A DNA stretch of 64,000 nucleotides, from the NCBI GenBank assembly GCA_028280785.1, contig JANQLF010000116.1:6581-70580 (forward strand), given 5' to 3'. This document shows, one piece after another, positions 54,522-64,000 of the stretch. Within the stretch, counting starts at the first letter, position 1. Every line of letters begins with the position of its first letter. The DNA comes from Planctomycetota bacterium. Its GTDB lineage: Bacteria; Planctomycetota; UBA11346. Below the pieces are notes generated by a model that saw only the letters and a program-made list of their open reading frames with translations, was not told where the DNA came from and ran no database searches. A program made the translations under genes and the position numbers.

Positions 54522-56959
54522 ACCCAGTTGTGAATAAAAAAGATACCCAATAAAAGATCGCTCGCTTCTCGTTTGCCAAAGCCACAGTCTCGCCAATTTT
54601 GCCTGAGTAAATCTAAATACCAAACTCCAACACCAAATCGCTGATTACGCCAAATTAAATCATCGATCAATGCTTTGGCATCACCGCCGAATTGAATGCC
54701 GTAATGGAAGGCCGAGAGTCCAATGGCCATATCAAAAAGCGCATCCGCTGCAGCTTGATTGTCATGAACTTCATAAGCGTGCTCAAAATCCTTGCTGCGT
54801 TTAATTAGCCATGCCTGCGCTTCTTCTAAATTGGGATCTTTGCATTTGCGAACATGCTTGCGGATATCTTTGGACATGCTCTCCACGGCAGTGCCGGGTT
54901 CCTCAGATTCGCGATGGAGTTCTTGATAGAAACGTTCCGGTTCACCAAGCAGGTCACCAATCGCAACGGTTAAACTGCGCTTTAAAATCGGATTATTCGT
55001 TTCTTTCATGCGCGGTAATATGTCATAAATGGCTGCAATTTCGCCAAGGCGTGCCAAGGCTTCGCTTGAAGCGCTGAGAACTTTGGTGTCTTTACTGTGG
55101 TGTAAAATATTGAGTAATGATTTTGCGGCGCGGCGATCGCCGATCCAACCAAGCGTGCGCGCTGATTCACTTTGTGTTTCGCGGTCGTGATGATCGAGTT
55201 GACCGATTAAGGCATCGACAGATCTGGTGTTAGCACTTTTGCGAAGCGCGCGTGCAATATGAGGATTTAAATCAGTGTGTGGATCATCGAGTTTACATAT
55301 TAACGCATCGATAGCATCGGGGCTACCAATGGCGCCGAGGGCATAAACAGCCTGCTCACGTACATCGGTGGAGGCATCATCAAGTTGCTGAATTAAATCA
55401 CTAACCGCAATAGCAGTATGTTGTTGACCGAGGGTGCGCGCTGATGCAGCCCGGGCTCCTGGATTTTTACCACGACTGAGCATATAAATGTGATAAATAG
55501 ATTTGCCGAGTCGTAGTGGATTGAGAACTATCAGTCGTTTTAAAGCATCGCTAATACTCAGTTCGTTGGCGCAGGGGCGAATAAAAAATAATAAGGGCGC
55601 AGCAACCAAAACCGTAACGGTGAAAAACCCAATCATTTGCAAATGAATAAAATCAAGTGGCATCCCTAGCGGTAAGATAATTTCACTTGGATAGGCTTGC
55701 ATATAATCAATGAGTGTACCGCCGATGATAGGACCGATGGCACCAGCGACACCAATGATGGTCATGAAGACGGCCATCGCTAAGGAGCGACCTGCTTTCG
55801 GTGAGAGAGAGGTGCATAAGTTTAATTGTGAAAGCATGACGCCAGAGCCAAAGGCACCACCTAAAAAGAACCCAGGCATCATCAGCCACACAATATTTGG
55901 CATGACATAATTATTAAGCCATGGGATGTGTGCGCAGATTGAATTAACGACTGGAATATTTGCACTCAGCGTACTGATGCTATTGGTGCCCGGCATGGCT
56001 AAAAACCAGGTTAAGCCAATAAAAACACAACAGACCATTGAAATAATGCCGAAGATACGTGAGCCGATGCGATCAATAATGTAGCCCCACATCATCGAGG
56101 TGCAGACTGCTCCAAGTGAGGCGACAATCATTAATAAAGCTTGTTGTGAATAGGTGACTTGAAAGCTGCGCTCTAAATAAATAACACCAAAAGCCCCAAC
56201 GATACCCGCACCAAAGGCCCAGGCAGCCATCGATAAACACAATAGTAAAAAGTCGCGTTGCTTCAGCGGTTCGAGGATGCGCTTGCTAAACGATTCATGA
56301 GGATTGCTGTTAATCGCCTTGGGTTCAGGTACGCGCAAATGAATCACTAAATCAATGGCCCCTAAAATTATGGCTACACCAAAGACAACGATAAAGCCAA
56401 TGTTTTGTCCATCATACGTATCTAAAATAAATCCAGCAAATGCAGCAGCTACTAAACCAGCAAAGGTGATCCATAATTGACGACTAGCCCAAAAACGGCT
56501 GCGTTTTTTATCTGGCACTAAGTCTGCCATCCAGCTCAGCCATAATGGCGCAGACATATGTCCCAACGCAAAACTACAGGCCAAGGTAATAATTGTAATC
56601 CAGGCAACGGTACTGAGATCCATGCCCATCATTAATGCGGCTAGAGGAATTAATAATAATAAACGATGCAGTAATGCTAAATAAAACCAAATGTATTTGC
56701 GACTATTGGAACGTTCGGCCCATAAGGTAGCTGGTATTTGCACGCACATAGTTATTTGAAAACAAGTACCAATTAAACCAATCATCAAGCCACTGGCACC
56801 AAGATGTTCCATGAACATGGCCATCGGAAATTGCAGCACATAGGTAATCCAAATGATCCCAATAGATCCGGCTAGGACATTTAAACGAAGTCCTTGGCGA
56901 ATACGACGATGGCTTATGTGATCGCCTTGCGGCGTCAGTAGGGCCTGGGATATACTCAT
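54518..56959 (-). CDS. MFS transporter fused to C-terminal HEAT (PBS-lyase-like) repeats
   Basis: About 12 TM with W.SWMADLVP...R.RFWA.R, then AARTLG, VREQAVYALGAIG, ARALRK, SARTLGWIGD, EALARLG repeats. Confidence 0.82.
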   Translation of the reverse strand: MSISQALLTPQGDHISHRRIRQGLRLNVLAGSIGIIWITYVLQFPMAMFMEHLGASGLMIGLIGTCFQITMCVQIPATLWAERSNSRKYIWFYLALLHRLLLLIPLAALMMGMDLSTVAWITIITLACSFALGHMSAPLWLSWMADLVPDKKRSRFWASRQLWITFAGLVAAAFAGFILDTYDGQNIGFIVVFGVAIILGAIDLVIHLRVPEPKAINSNPHESFSKRILEPLKQRDFLLLCLSMAAWAFGAGIVGAFGVIYLERSFQVTYSQQALLMIVASLGAVCTSMMWGYIIDRIGSRIFGIISMVCCVFIGLTWFLAMPGTNSISTLSANIPVVNSICAHIPWLNNYVMPNIVWLMMPGFFLGGAFGSGVMLSQLNLCTSLSPKAGRSLAMAVFMTIIGVAGAIGPIIGGTLIDYMQAYPSEIILPLGMPLDFIHLQMIGFFTVTVLVAAPLLFFIRPCANELSISDALKRLIVLNPLRLGKSIYHIYMLSRGKNPGARAASARTLGQQHTAIAVSDLIQQLDDASTDVREQAVYALGAIGSPDAIDALICKLDDPHTDLNPHIARALRKSANTRSVDALIGQLDHHDRETQSESARTLGWIGDRRAAKSLLNILHHSKDTKVLSASSEALARLGEIAAIYDILPRMKETNNPILKRSLTVAIGDLLGEPERFYQELHRESEEPGTAVESMSKDIRKHVRKCKDPNLEEAQAWLIKRSKDFEHAYEVHDNQAAADALFDMAIGLSAFHYGIQFGGDAKALIDDLIWRNQRFGVGVWYLDLLRQNWRDCGFGKREASDLLLGIFFIHNWV

Positions 56960-57085
56960 AATACTATGCACCAATAACGAAATGCAGTGATAAAAAAATG
57001 TATATTACAATTACAAGAACAATTAAAATAAAGATTCTGAACGCCGACTTGTATACGTCGGGAACTCAGTGTCTACTCTTTATTT

Positions 57086-57185
57086 CGGGGCTACGCCCCG
57101 GTCCCCCGCATGCTTTGTCTTCTCTAATTTTTTCCGTTACACTCCAAAAATTCCCTCGCATGTAGCTCGGACCGTTCATCGGCGC
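57086..57185 (-). repeat. Intergenic structured repeat, family A, copy 4
   Basis: Reverse complement: cgccgatgaacggtccgagctacatgcgagggaatttttggagtgtaacggaaaaaattagagaagacaaagcatgcgggggaccggggcgtagccccg. Confidence 0.85.
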
Positions 57186-57212
57186 AGGCAAGCTGCTTAC
57201 GCAGCTTAAAAA

Positions 57213-57704
57213 CTAGGCGTTAAATTGATCAGTCCAAAAATCGATTTCATCTTGCGATGGTGGTAATTCATCAATACCGGGCTTATTATCTGGTATATCG
57301 TGTAGTGAATGTAAAAAGTCTACTACCGGTAGTATTTGCGCACCGAACGATTTAACCCGTGTTTGTAAATGACGGTCGTCAGTGACGACGGTAATTAAAG
57401 ATTTATCTTGATAACTTAACCATTCATTGATGCAGTCATCGGCACTGCGGGTGCCGCTGTAATGTATGGATAAGGTGCCGTGATGTTGGCGACGTTCTTC
57501 ACCACCGGGACCGCCATCATAAAAAATATGACAGTTATCACGGTCGCCGATTTTTAATTCGAAGGCACGGCGTGCACGCTCGGGATCATCGTGCATTAAA
57601 TGACGGAGTTCGGGATCTTGAAAACAAACATTGTGGCCATCAATGACCAAGAGGCGTTGTCGATGTAATTTCTTTTTATGCCGCCGGCTCATCTTCGTGG
57701 CCAT
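57213..57704 (-). CDS. NYN domain (YacP/Rae1-like PIN fold) putative RNase
   Basis: LVIDGHNV, IFYDG, SADDCI, VVTDDR.L. Confidence 0.78.
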   Translation of the reverse strand: MATKMSRRHKKKLHRQRLLVIDGHNVCFQDPELRHLMHDDPERARRAFELKIGDRDNCHIFYDGGPGGEERRQHHGTLSIHYSGTRSADDCINEWLSYQDKSLITVVTDDRHLQTRVKSFGAQILPVVDFLHSLHDIPDNKPGIDELPPSQDEIDFWTDQFNA

Positions 57705-58404
57705 CGGTTAAACTGAGAAAGCGTTGTTCCAAACTTTGATCACCGCGTAGTTCATCAATTTTACCACGGGCAATGACACAACCATGATCCATAACGGTGA
57801 TACGATCGGCAACATTTTCGACAGCAGCCAAGGTGTGCGTACTCATTAATACTGCGCCGCCATCTTTGGCAAAGTTTTGTAATAGTTCGAGTACGATACG
57901 GATATGTTTTGGATCTAAACCGACTAAAGGTTCATCGACAATTAAAAATTTTGGCTGATGTAAAATAGCAGCAGCAAGGACAACACGTTGGCGCATACCA
58001 TGTGAATATCCTTCAGCCAGTTGGTCAATAAATTCATCTAAAGAGAATTGTTGACAGACTTCGACAAAACGTTTTTCATAAACAGATGGCTCGAGACCAT
58101 AAATGCGCCCAGTAAAATCTAGAAACTCGCGGCCAGTTAGTCGTTCATATAAGTAGGGTTCATCGGGAACATAGGCGATGGAACGTCGTGCTGAAATTCC
58201 ATCGGTTACCACATCAAAGCCGTTAATGGTAATACTGCCTGAATCAGGGATTAGCAGTGATGTGCACATTTTAATCGTGGTAGTTTTGCCAGCGCCATTT
58301 GGTCCAAGAAAGGCATGAATTTCACCAGCTGGAATCTCTAAACTTAAATCATCAACTGCTTTGACGGTTCCAAAGGTTTTGGTTACATTTTTGATGTTAA
58401 GCAC
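57676..58404 (-). CDS. ABC transporter ATP-binding protein
   Basis: GPNGAGKTT, YSHGMRQR, IVDEPLVGLDP, STH. Confidence 0.92.
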   Translation of the reverse strand: MLNIKNVTKTFGTVKAVDDLSLEIPAGEIHAFLGPNGAGKTTTIKMCTSLLIPDSGSITINGFDVVTDGISARRSIAYVPDEPYLYERLTGREFLDFTGRIYGLEPSVYEKRFVEVCQQFSLDEFIDQLAEGYSHGMRQRVVLAAAILHQPKFLIVDEPLVGLDPKHIRIVLELLQNFAKDGGAVLMSTHTLAAVENVADRITVMDHGCVIARGKIDELRGDQSLEQRFLSLTDGHEDEPAA

Positions 58405-58478
58405 GGCTCTAGTCTATGACAGATGTTTGACTTCACAATGAGGAGATGGCGGTATAGTAGCCGCGAGGTGCATATGCT

Positions 58479-60782
58479 ATGATTCGTTTGCTAATATTTA
58501 TCTTTCTGTTGAGCATCAGTTATACTTGTCAGTTGCGAGCTGCTGAACAACAGACCTTTCATTTAGATGATTTGCTTGGAATGGAAATCAAAGGGAATCA
58601 TGGGATACCAAAGAAATATTTTCTTGATGCAATTCTTGTTAATGAGCGCATCACCCATGTTCGAGCACCGAGCAAGGATGCATTGGCTAAAGTTTTGGAT
58701 GAAAACTTTCGAACTTGGTTAAAGAGTATTGGATATAACGAAATAAATTTAAATGTGACCTACAATAGTGATGGTATTGTCGTTGATGCTCAAGTTGGGA
58801 AACAATATGTTTTAAAGAAAATAGAGATTAGTGGTGATAGTCCGGTTGATAAAGAATTAATTAGAAAGGTGTTGACCAACGAGGTGGATCGCTCGAGTGG
58901 GTTGCCTTTAACAGGAAATGTTTTGATAGAAAGTGGTTCATCGCCTCTTCGCCCTTTGTGGACAATAGGTAAACCAGCAGACTTGAATGATAAGGCCTTA
59001 AGAAAGACAGAAGTTTATGTTGATAATTTATTTTGGTTTAATGGATACAAAGGTGCACAGATCATATGCTCATCAGTGTTTAATGACAAGGATGGTTCTA
59101 TAACATTGGACATACAAGTCGTAAACAAGGGACAAGTACAAAAGTTAGAAGGCATTGAAATTAAAGGGTTGAATGAAGATCAGGCGAAGCTGTGCAAGCA
59201 GTGGTTATATAAAGCATGTGAAATAAGCGAAGATACTTTATTTACCAATGAACTTATTATCAAACTATATAAAACATGTTATAATAGCGGTCGTTTTTTG
59301 AAGGTAACAAATAAAACAGACCCGTCACAAAAAGATAATATCATTCGTTTAGACTTGGTCAGTCATGAAGGACTTCCCCAATTTGGACAAGACCCCATTC
59401 CTGGACTTCAGCGATTGCTGAATGCGAATTTGGCATTGTTGAAAGGTTTCAAGTCAGGGGAAAAGCAAATACGCACATCGCTTGGTGTACCTCAGTTGAA
59501 ATTAAAAGTAGAGATCTTAGCTGCTATTCATGGTTTACAGGTCAAATGGTATCAAGAAGAGTCTAAATTTAGTGGCACTGTGTGTGCATCGAATGACGAA
59601 TTCGTCATATATTTTTCTGAAAATCTAATTGGTGTGTGGGATATATCACAGCACAATTTACAATTTAAATCTGAATTGATAACAGAGCCGTCAGACAAAG
59701 GTTTGGATGGTGCTAATAGTTTTGTGCTAAACGCTTCATTTGGTTCAGCACAGAAAAAACAATCGATTAATTGGGTGTTTAAAATAGATCCTTCAAGTTG
59801 GACCACTCTCATGGCCAGAAAAAAAGTAAAATTGGGGTCTGAAAAAAATGAATATGAAATTACAGGTGAAGGAAAGCTCTTTATCAATGATAATGATGAA
59901 TTCACCCGGTTAAAGGCAGTTGAGAAGAAAGTAGATATCGAAGTGACTTTAGAAGAGAAAAAGGAATCGGATTGGATCGACAGATTCGAATCTGCTGGCC
60001 TTAGAACTCACGTTACCGCCCGTGCCTTGGAAAATATCGGGTCTGCTTTGCAGATGATGGAGCAGAATTCGGAAGAAGAAGTTACAGATTTTATTAGATG
60101 GTGTTCGATTATATTACGTAGTGGCGCGGTGAAATTTATGTTCGAGGCACTTCAGGACAATAAAGGAGATGGTCCTGATATAAAATCAAATCCATATGGA
60201 GACTTCACTGATCTACAAAGTCGTTCTTTATTGGATTTAATTAAAGTGTTTTCATCTCAATTTCTAATTGCCACATATCAAGATTACGATGCTAACTTCT
60301 GGCCAGGGATATATGTTCGTGCAATTCATTCGTATATGCTGCGTCGTGGGGATTGGTTTGGTACATATATTAATAAATTAACACGGGTGCATTTGGGTCC
60401 AGTGGCTTGTTTGGCTACTATTAAAACGTTGAGCGCTGGTCCTCAAAGTCCGCAAATTAAAAAGTTTTGTGAACAGTTGGCACGACATGGACTGAATTCA
60501 TTAACTGAAGAGCGTTTTGTGTATGATATGTCTGTATTATTGCCAGATAGCTTGGCGGCTAAATTTTTTACAGGCCTCAAACGATCGGAAATAGATGCGC
60601 ATCAAGTACCAACTTCTCATAAAGTATTTGTTGATCAGTTTTTGGTGCGTTGCCGTGCTTGGGATGGTAAAGATCCCATAGAAGTGCACGGAATGCGCAC
60701 TGCATTGTTCAAATATGTTTGGAAAAACGGCGCGAAAGAATTTTTAAACGAGCAGTTAAAGGAAAGCGTATTACTGCCATAA
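58479..60782 (+). CDS. Secreted hypothetical protein with POTRA-like N-terminal repeats
   Basis: Signal peptide. EIKGN, KIEISG, GIEIKGL strands followed by GY/GRF helix ends, as in POTRA domains. No C-terminal beta-barrel signature. Confidence 0.5.
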   Translation: MIRLLIFIFLLSISYTCQLRAAEQQTFHLDDLLGMEIKGNHGIPKKYFLDAILVNERITHVRAPSKDALAKVLDENFRTWLKSIGYNEINLNVTYNSDGIVVDAQVGKQYVLKKIEISGDSPVDKELIRKVLTNEVDRSSGLPLTGNVLIESGSSPLRPLWTIGKPADLNDKALRKTEVYVDNLFWFNGYKGAQIICSSVFNDKDGSITLDIQVVNKGQVQKLEGIEIKGLNEDQAKLCKQWLYKACEISEDTLFTNELIIKLYKTCYNSGRFLKVTNKTDPSQKDNIIRLDLVSHEGLPQFGQDPIPGLQRLLNANLALLKGFKSGEKQIRTSLGVPQLKLKVEILAAIHGLQVKWYQEESKFSGTVCASNDEFVIYFSENLIGVWDISQHNLQFKSELITEPSDKGLDGANSFVLNASFGSAQKKQSINWVFKIDPSSWTTLMARKKVKLGSEKNEYEITGEGKLFINDNDEFTRLKAVEKKVDIEVTLEEKKESDWIDRFESAGLRTHVTARALENIGSALQMMEQNSEEEVTDFIRWCSIILRSGAVKFMFEALQDNKGDGPDIKSNPYGDFTDLQSRSLLDLIKVFSSQFLIATYQDYDANFWPGIYVRAIHSYMLRRGDWFGTYINKLTRVHLGPVACLATIKTLSAGPQSPQIKKFCEQLARHGLNSLTEERFVYDMSVLLPDSLAAKFFTGLKRSEIDAHQVPTSHKVFVDQFLVRCRAWDGKDPIEVHGMRTALFKYVWKNGAKEFLNEQLKESVLLP

Positions 60783-60858
60783 GTTTTGATAGATATTGTA
60801 TTTAAGAGGTTTACAATTATGTTACACAAAGAATTCGAGAGGTGGCTAGACTAACACA

Positions 60859-61560
60859 ATGAATCAGCGTGTCCTTGTTGTTGAAGATGAAGCAGCCATT
60901 GCCCAGGGTCTTTGTGATTGTCTAGAATTTAACCAATATGAAGTTGAATGGCAGGCCGATGGTAAAAGTGGTCTTGCGGCTGCATTGCATGGTCAATTCG
61001 ATTTACTCTTACTCGACGTCATGTTACCACACGTCAATGGCTTTGACATTTGCAAACAAGTGCGCGAGCAGAAACCAGAACAGGCCATAGTCATGTTAAC
61101 GGCAAAGGGTTCTGAAGCAGACATTCTCGAAGGATTTAATCGTGGAGCCGACGATTATATTACTAAGCCGTTTTCAGTCGCACAATTATTAGCACGCATG
61201 CAAGCGCTCATTCGTCGCGCTAAGGAAAGCAACGATGCTGAGGTGATTAGTGTAAGTGAAGATTTTACCATTGGTGCCATTCAGGTACATGTAGAATCCT
61301 TGCAAATTGTGCATGCAGATAAGACGCAAGATATCAATCGTCGTGATTTGGAGCTGCTGCAATTATTATCAGAAGAACCTGGACGCATTATTAGTAGGCG
61401 TCGTATTTTGCGCGATGTGTTCGGTTATGCCGACCCTGACAATGTGGAGACACGCAGTGTCGATATGCATATTGTGAAGCTTAGAAAAAAATTAGCTAAA
61501 ATCATTGATGGTGGTGGCATTGAAACCGTACGCGGTGAGGGTTACCGTTGGGTGGCATAA
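60859..61560 (+). CDS. OmpR family response regulator
   Basis: VLVVEDE, LLDVMLP..NGF, MLTAKG, GADDYITKPF, TRSVDMHI..LR.K, IETVRGEGY. Confidence 0.95.
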   Translation: MNQRVLVVEDEAAIAQGLCDCLEFNQYEVEWQADGKSGLAAALHGQFDLLLLDVMLPHVNGFDICKQVREQKPEQAIVMLTAKGSEADILEGFNRGADDYITKPFSVAQLLARMQALIRRAKESNDAEVISVSEDFTIGAIQVHVESLQIVHADKTQDINRRDLELLQLLSEEPGRIISRRRILRDVFGYADPDNVETRSVDMHIVKLRKKLAKIIDGGGIETVRGEGYRWVA

Positions 61561-61561
61561 G

Positions 61562-63472
61562 ATGCGCTTAGCTTCGGTTCGTCTCATTTTAATAGGTATT
61601 GGCATCCTTATCTCATGTGTCATCGCAGCATTGTATATGCAAGCACGTGGGACCATGGAACAAGAGCAGATTCTTTACCATCAAGTAATAGCGGAAGATG
61701 CGTTTGATCACATAGAAACCCAATTGGCTTTATTTATTCGCGATGAAGAAGCCCGCCCATTTACGCATTATAATTTTTATTATGTACCTGATGAGCAGAT
61801 TGGTGGTTCGGTGGGATTATATAAATCACCGATAGCTGATTTGCCTCAAAACTCACCGATCATTGCCTACTTTCAGATTAACCCAGATGGTGTTGTTCAA
61901 TTTCCACATAAAACGAAGAATGTTGATAAAGAACATAAACTCAGTGAGCGTCAGCAGGAATCAGTGCAGCTCGCCTGTTTTTCAACGATGGATGCCTTAA
62001 ACAAAACGAACATAGATAATATTGGAGAGGAGGCGTCACTTGTTGCCGTTTTAAATGACGCCAATGATACGTCGATCATTTTACCAAATGCTAAATTCCC
62101 TCAGCAACGCCAGGGCAAGGGGTCTGAGATCTTTAAAAATCGAAGTTCACGAAGTAAATGGGCACAATCGTATAATACCAATTCAAAGAAAAAGGTGAGT
62201 AAAGAGTCGTATTATCAGGCAGCAAATCTACAAGCGAATGAAATGCAGCAGCAACTGGTTCAACAAGAACAATCGATTAAACCGAAATTGATCGAGCAGG
62301 ACATCGAGCGCTACTTAGAACGAAATAAATTACAAAACCTCGCCAGTTTCGAGATCGATACCGGCTCTTTTCGCTCAATCGCTGTTGATGATCGGCAGCG
62401 TTTATTGCTGCGTGAAGTACGGGTCGATAATAGAGTCTACAAACAGGGCTTTTTATTAGATGCAAACATGCTGCAGACACGTTTTTATCAGCAGTTCTGT
62501 GGGCATGTACATAATAAAAACGCAGTAACCCTGCAATGGATGCGTGGTGACCAAAAGCAGAATACACAGAATTTGGCAGTAGGTGAAGGAGAGATTGGTT
62601 TCTATCATCAAATGTCGGTACCATTTGAAGATACGGGAATATTTGCGCGGATGTTGTTAACTGAAGATCAGCCAGGTTTGAGCGTCTTGACGCTCAATAT
62701 TATTACTGCTCTTTTACTAGCGGCTATTTTATTTGGTTTGTATTTAAGTGATCGAACGATGCACGTTATGCAGCGCTTTGCCGAGCGCCGACAAAATTTT
62801 GCTGCGGCAGTAAGCCATGAATTAAAGACACCGCTTACGGCCATTCGTATGCATGCAGAAATGTTGGAATCGGGAATGGTTGCTAATGATGATAAGCGTG
62901 ACGAATATTATCATACGATTCATGCGGAGTCACAGCGTCTGTCGCGTTTAATTGATAACGTTTTAACCTTATCCCGTATAGAAAAAGATGACTACCAACT
63001 GCAAATGACGATAGGTGATGTAAAACCAGTTATCGATGAAGCAGTATCAATGTTGGAGCCGCATGCGACGCGCAATGGTTTTAGTATTGCTGTTGATGCA
63101 GATGACGAATTGATGGCGGTGCGTTATGATCACGATGCCTTGATGCAAATCGTTGTTAATGCAATCGACAATAGCATTAAATTTGCCAAGGATGCAGAAG
63201 AGAAACTGATTCATATTTCATTGAAAAAGCAAGATGGTGGATTGGCATTGCGTATTCGTGATTTCGGACCTGGTGTACCCCAGGAACATCAGGCTCATGT
63301 TTTTGAAGCATTTTATCGCGGTGAGCGCGAGTTGACCCGTAATACCAAAGGGACGGGAATTGGTTTGGCGCTAGTGAAAAATTTATGTGATGCCATGGGA
63401 GCAGGTGTTTCGGCTGGTAATGCCGCGGATAAGGGATTTCAGTTAGATATTAAACTGCAGGCTCAGTCCTAA
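61562..63472 (+). CDS. Sensor histidine kinase
   Basis: Two TM helices, large extracytoplasmic domain, H-box VSHELKTPL, N-box NAIDNSIKF, DFGPGV, FYRG, GTGIGL. Confidence 0.93.
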   Translation: MRLASVRLILIGIGILISCVIAALYMQARGTMEQEQILYHQVIAEDAFDHIETQLALFIRDEEARPFTHYNFYYVPDEQIGGSVGLYKSPIADLPQNSPIIAYFQINPDGVVQFPHKTKNVDKEHKLSERQQESVQLACFSTMDALNKTNIDNIGEEASLVAVLNDANDTSIILPNAKFPQQRQGKGSEIFKNRSSRSKWAQSYNTNSKKKVSKESYYQAANLQANEMQQQLVQQEQSIKPKLIEQDIERYLERNKLQNLASFEIDTGSFRSIAVDDRQRLLLREVRVDNRVYKQGFLLDANMLQTRFYQQFCGHVHNKNAVTLQWMRGDQKQNTQNLAVGEGEIGFYHQMSVPFEDTGIFARMLLTEDQPGLSVLTLNIITALLLAAILFGLYLSDRTMHVMQRFAERRQNFAAAVSHELKTPLTAIRMHAEMLESGMVANDDKRDEYYHTIHAESQRLSRLIDNVLTLSRIEKDDYQLQMTIGDVKPVIDEAVSMLEPHATRNGFSIAVDADDELMAVRYDHDALMQIVVNAIDNSIKFAKDAEEKLIHISLKKQDGGLALRIRDFGPGVPQEHQAHVFEAFYRGERELTRNTKGTGIGLALVKNLCDAMGAGVSAGNAADKGFQLDIKLQAQS

Positions 63473-63520
63473 ACCGATTTCTGGTTCTTGTAAAATTTGA
63501 ATGACCTCAATCATGAGCGC

Positions 63521-64000
63521 ATGTCAACTATTTATGATAGTACTGAAACACGTGCACTTATCGAAAAAGCACTAGCTGAAGATTTAAACGGTGCCGATGA
63601 TTTAACCGTGGCATCTCTGGTACCGGCAGATGCACGTTTACGTGCGCAGATGACTGCGAAGGCCAATGGTGTTTTATGCGGCATGCCATTGTTCGAAGCA
63701 GTGTGCACCGTTGTTGGTGGTGCAGTTGATGTGGAGCTTAAAAAAGAAGATGGTGACCGTGTCGAAAATGGCACGCTTGTTTTACAAGCTGAGGGTTCGG
63801 CGCGAACCTTATTAATTGCTGAACGTACAGCGCTTAATTTAATGCAGCGCTTATCGGGTACAGCAACTATGACGCGTGCCTATGTTGACGCCGTCGCTGG
63901 AACCAAAGCGGCAATTCTTGATACGCGAAAAACTACTCCGGGTTTGCGTCACTTGCAAAAATATGCTGTCCGCATTGGCGGTGGAAAAAATCATCGCATT
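63521..64000 (+). CDS. nadC: Nicotinate-nucleotide diphosphorylase (carboxylating), truncated by window edge
   Basis: Manual translation: MSTIYD...ALAEDL...D.T...ERTALNLMQRLSGTAT.T...DTRKTTPGLR.LQKYAVRIGGGKNHR. Not in the ORF track. Confidence 0.93.
   Translation, partial: MSTIYDSTETRALIEKALAEDLNGADDLTVASLVPADARLRAQMTAKANGVLCGMPLFEAVCTVVGGAVDVELKKEDGDRVENGTLVLQAEGSARTLLIAERTALNLMQRLSGTATMTRAYVDAVAGTKAAILDTRKTTPGLRHLQKYAVRIGGGKNHRI

Overview
Bacterial genomic window of moderate GC. It looks like a marine PVC-superphylum organism (Planctomycetota/Lentisphaerae-like), inferred from its sulfatases, AraC/PhyH pairs, NPCBM, MFS-HEAT and STAS genes. It holds about 55 CDSs, mostly metabolic or housekeeping: GH78 rhamnosidase, two sulfatases, Fe-S D-lactate dehydrogenase, Aas, acyl-CoA dehydrogenase, TrkH, NrnA, a heterodimeric ABC exporter, a two-component pair and partial nadC. 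I saw no rRNA, tRNA, CRISPR array or transposase. The standout is a ~12.6 kb cluster (13445-26060): cysQ, cysC, a secreted EF-hand protein, a TPR-sulfotransferase, two paralogous ~800-aa secreted glycine-rich repeat proteins with a small lipoprotein between them, a flavin-dependent tryptophan-halogenase-family enzyme and a DxD glycosyltransferase. I interpret it, by inference only, as a candidate system that sulfates, halogenates and glycosylates a surface protein. Non-coding signals include a four-copy ~100-125 bp intergenic element with covarying GNA-triloop hairpins, a second family of hexamer-based palindromes, a leader-peptide/terminator attenuator before a GNAT gene, and a perfect 18-bp operator-like palindrome before a GntR/sulfatase operon.
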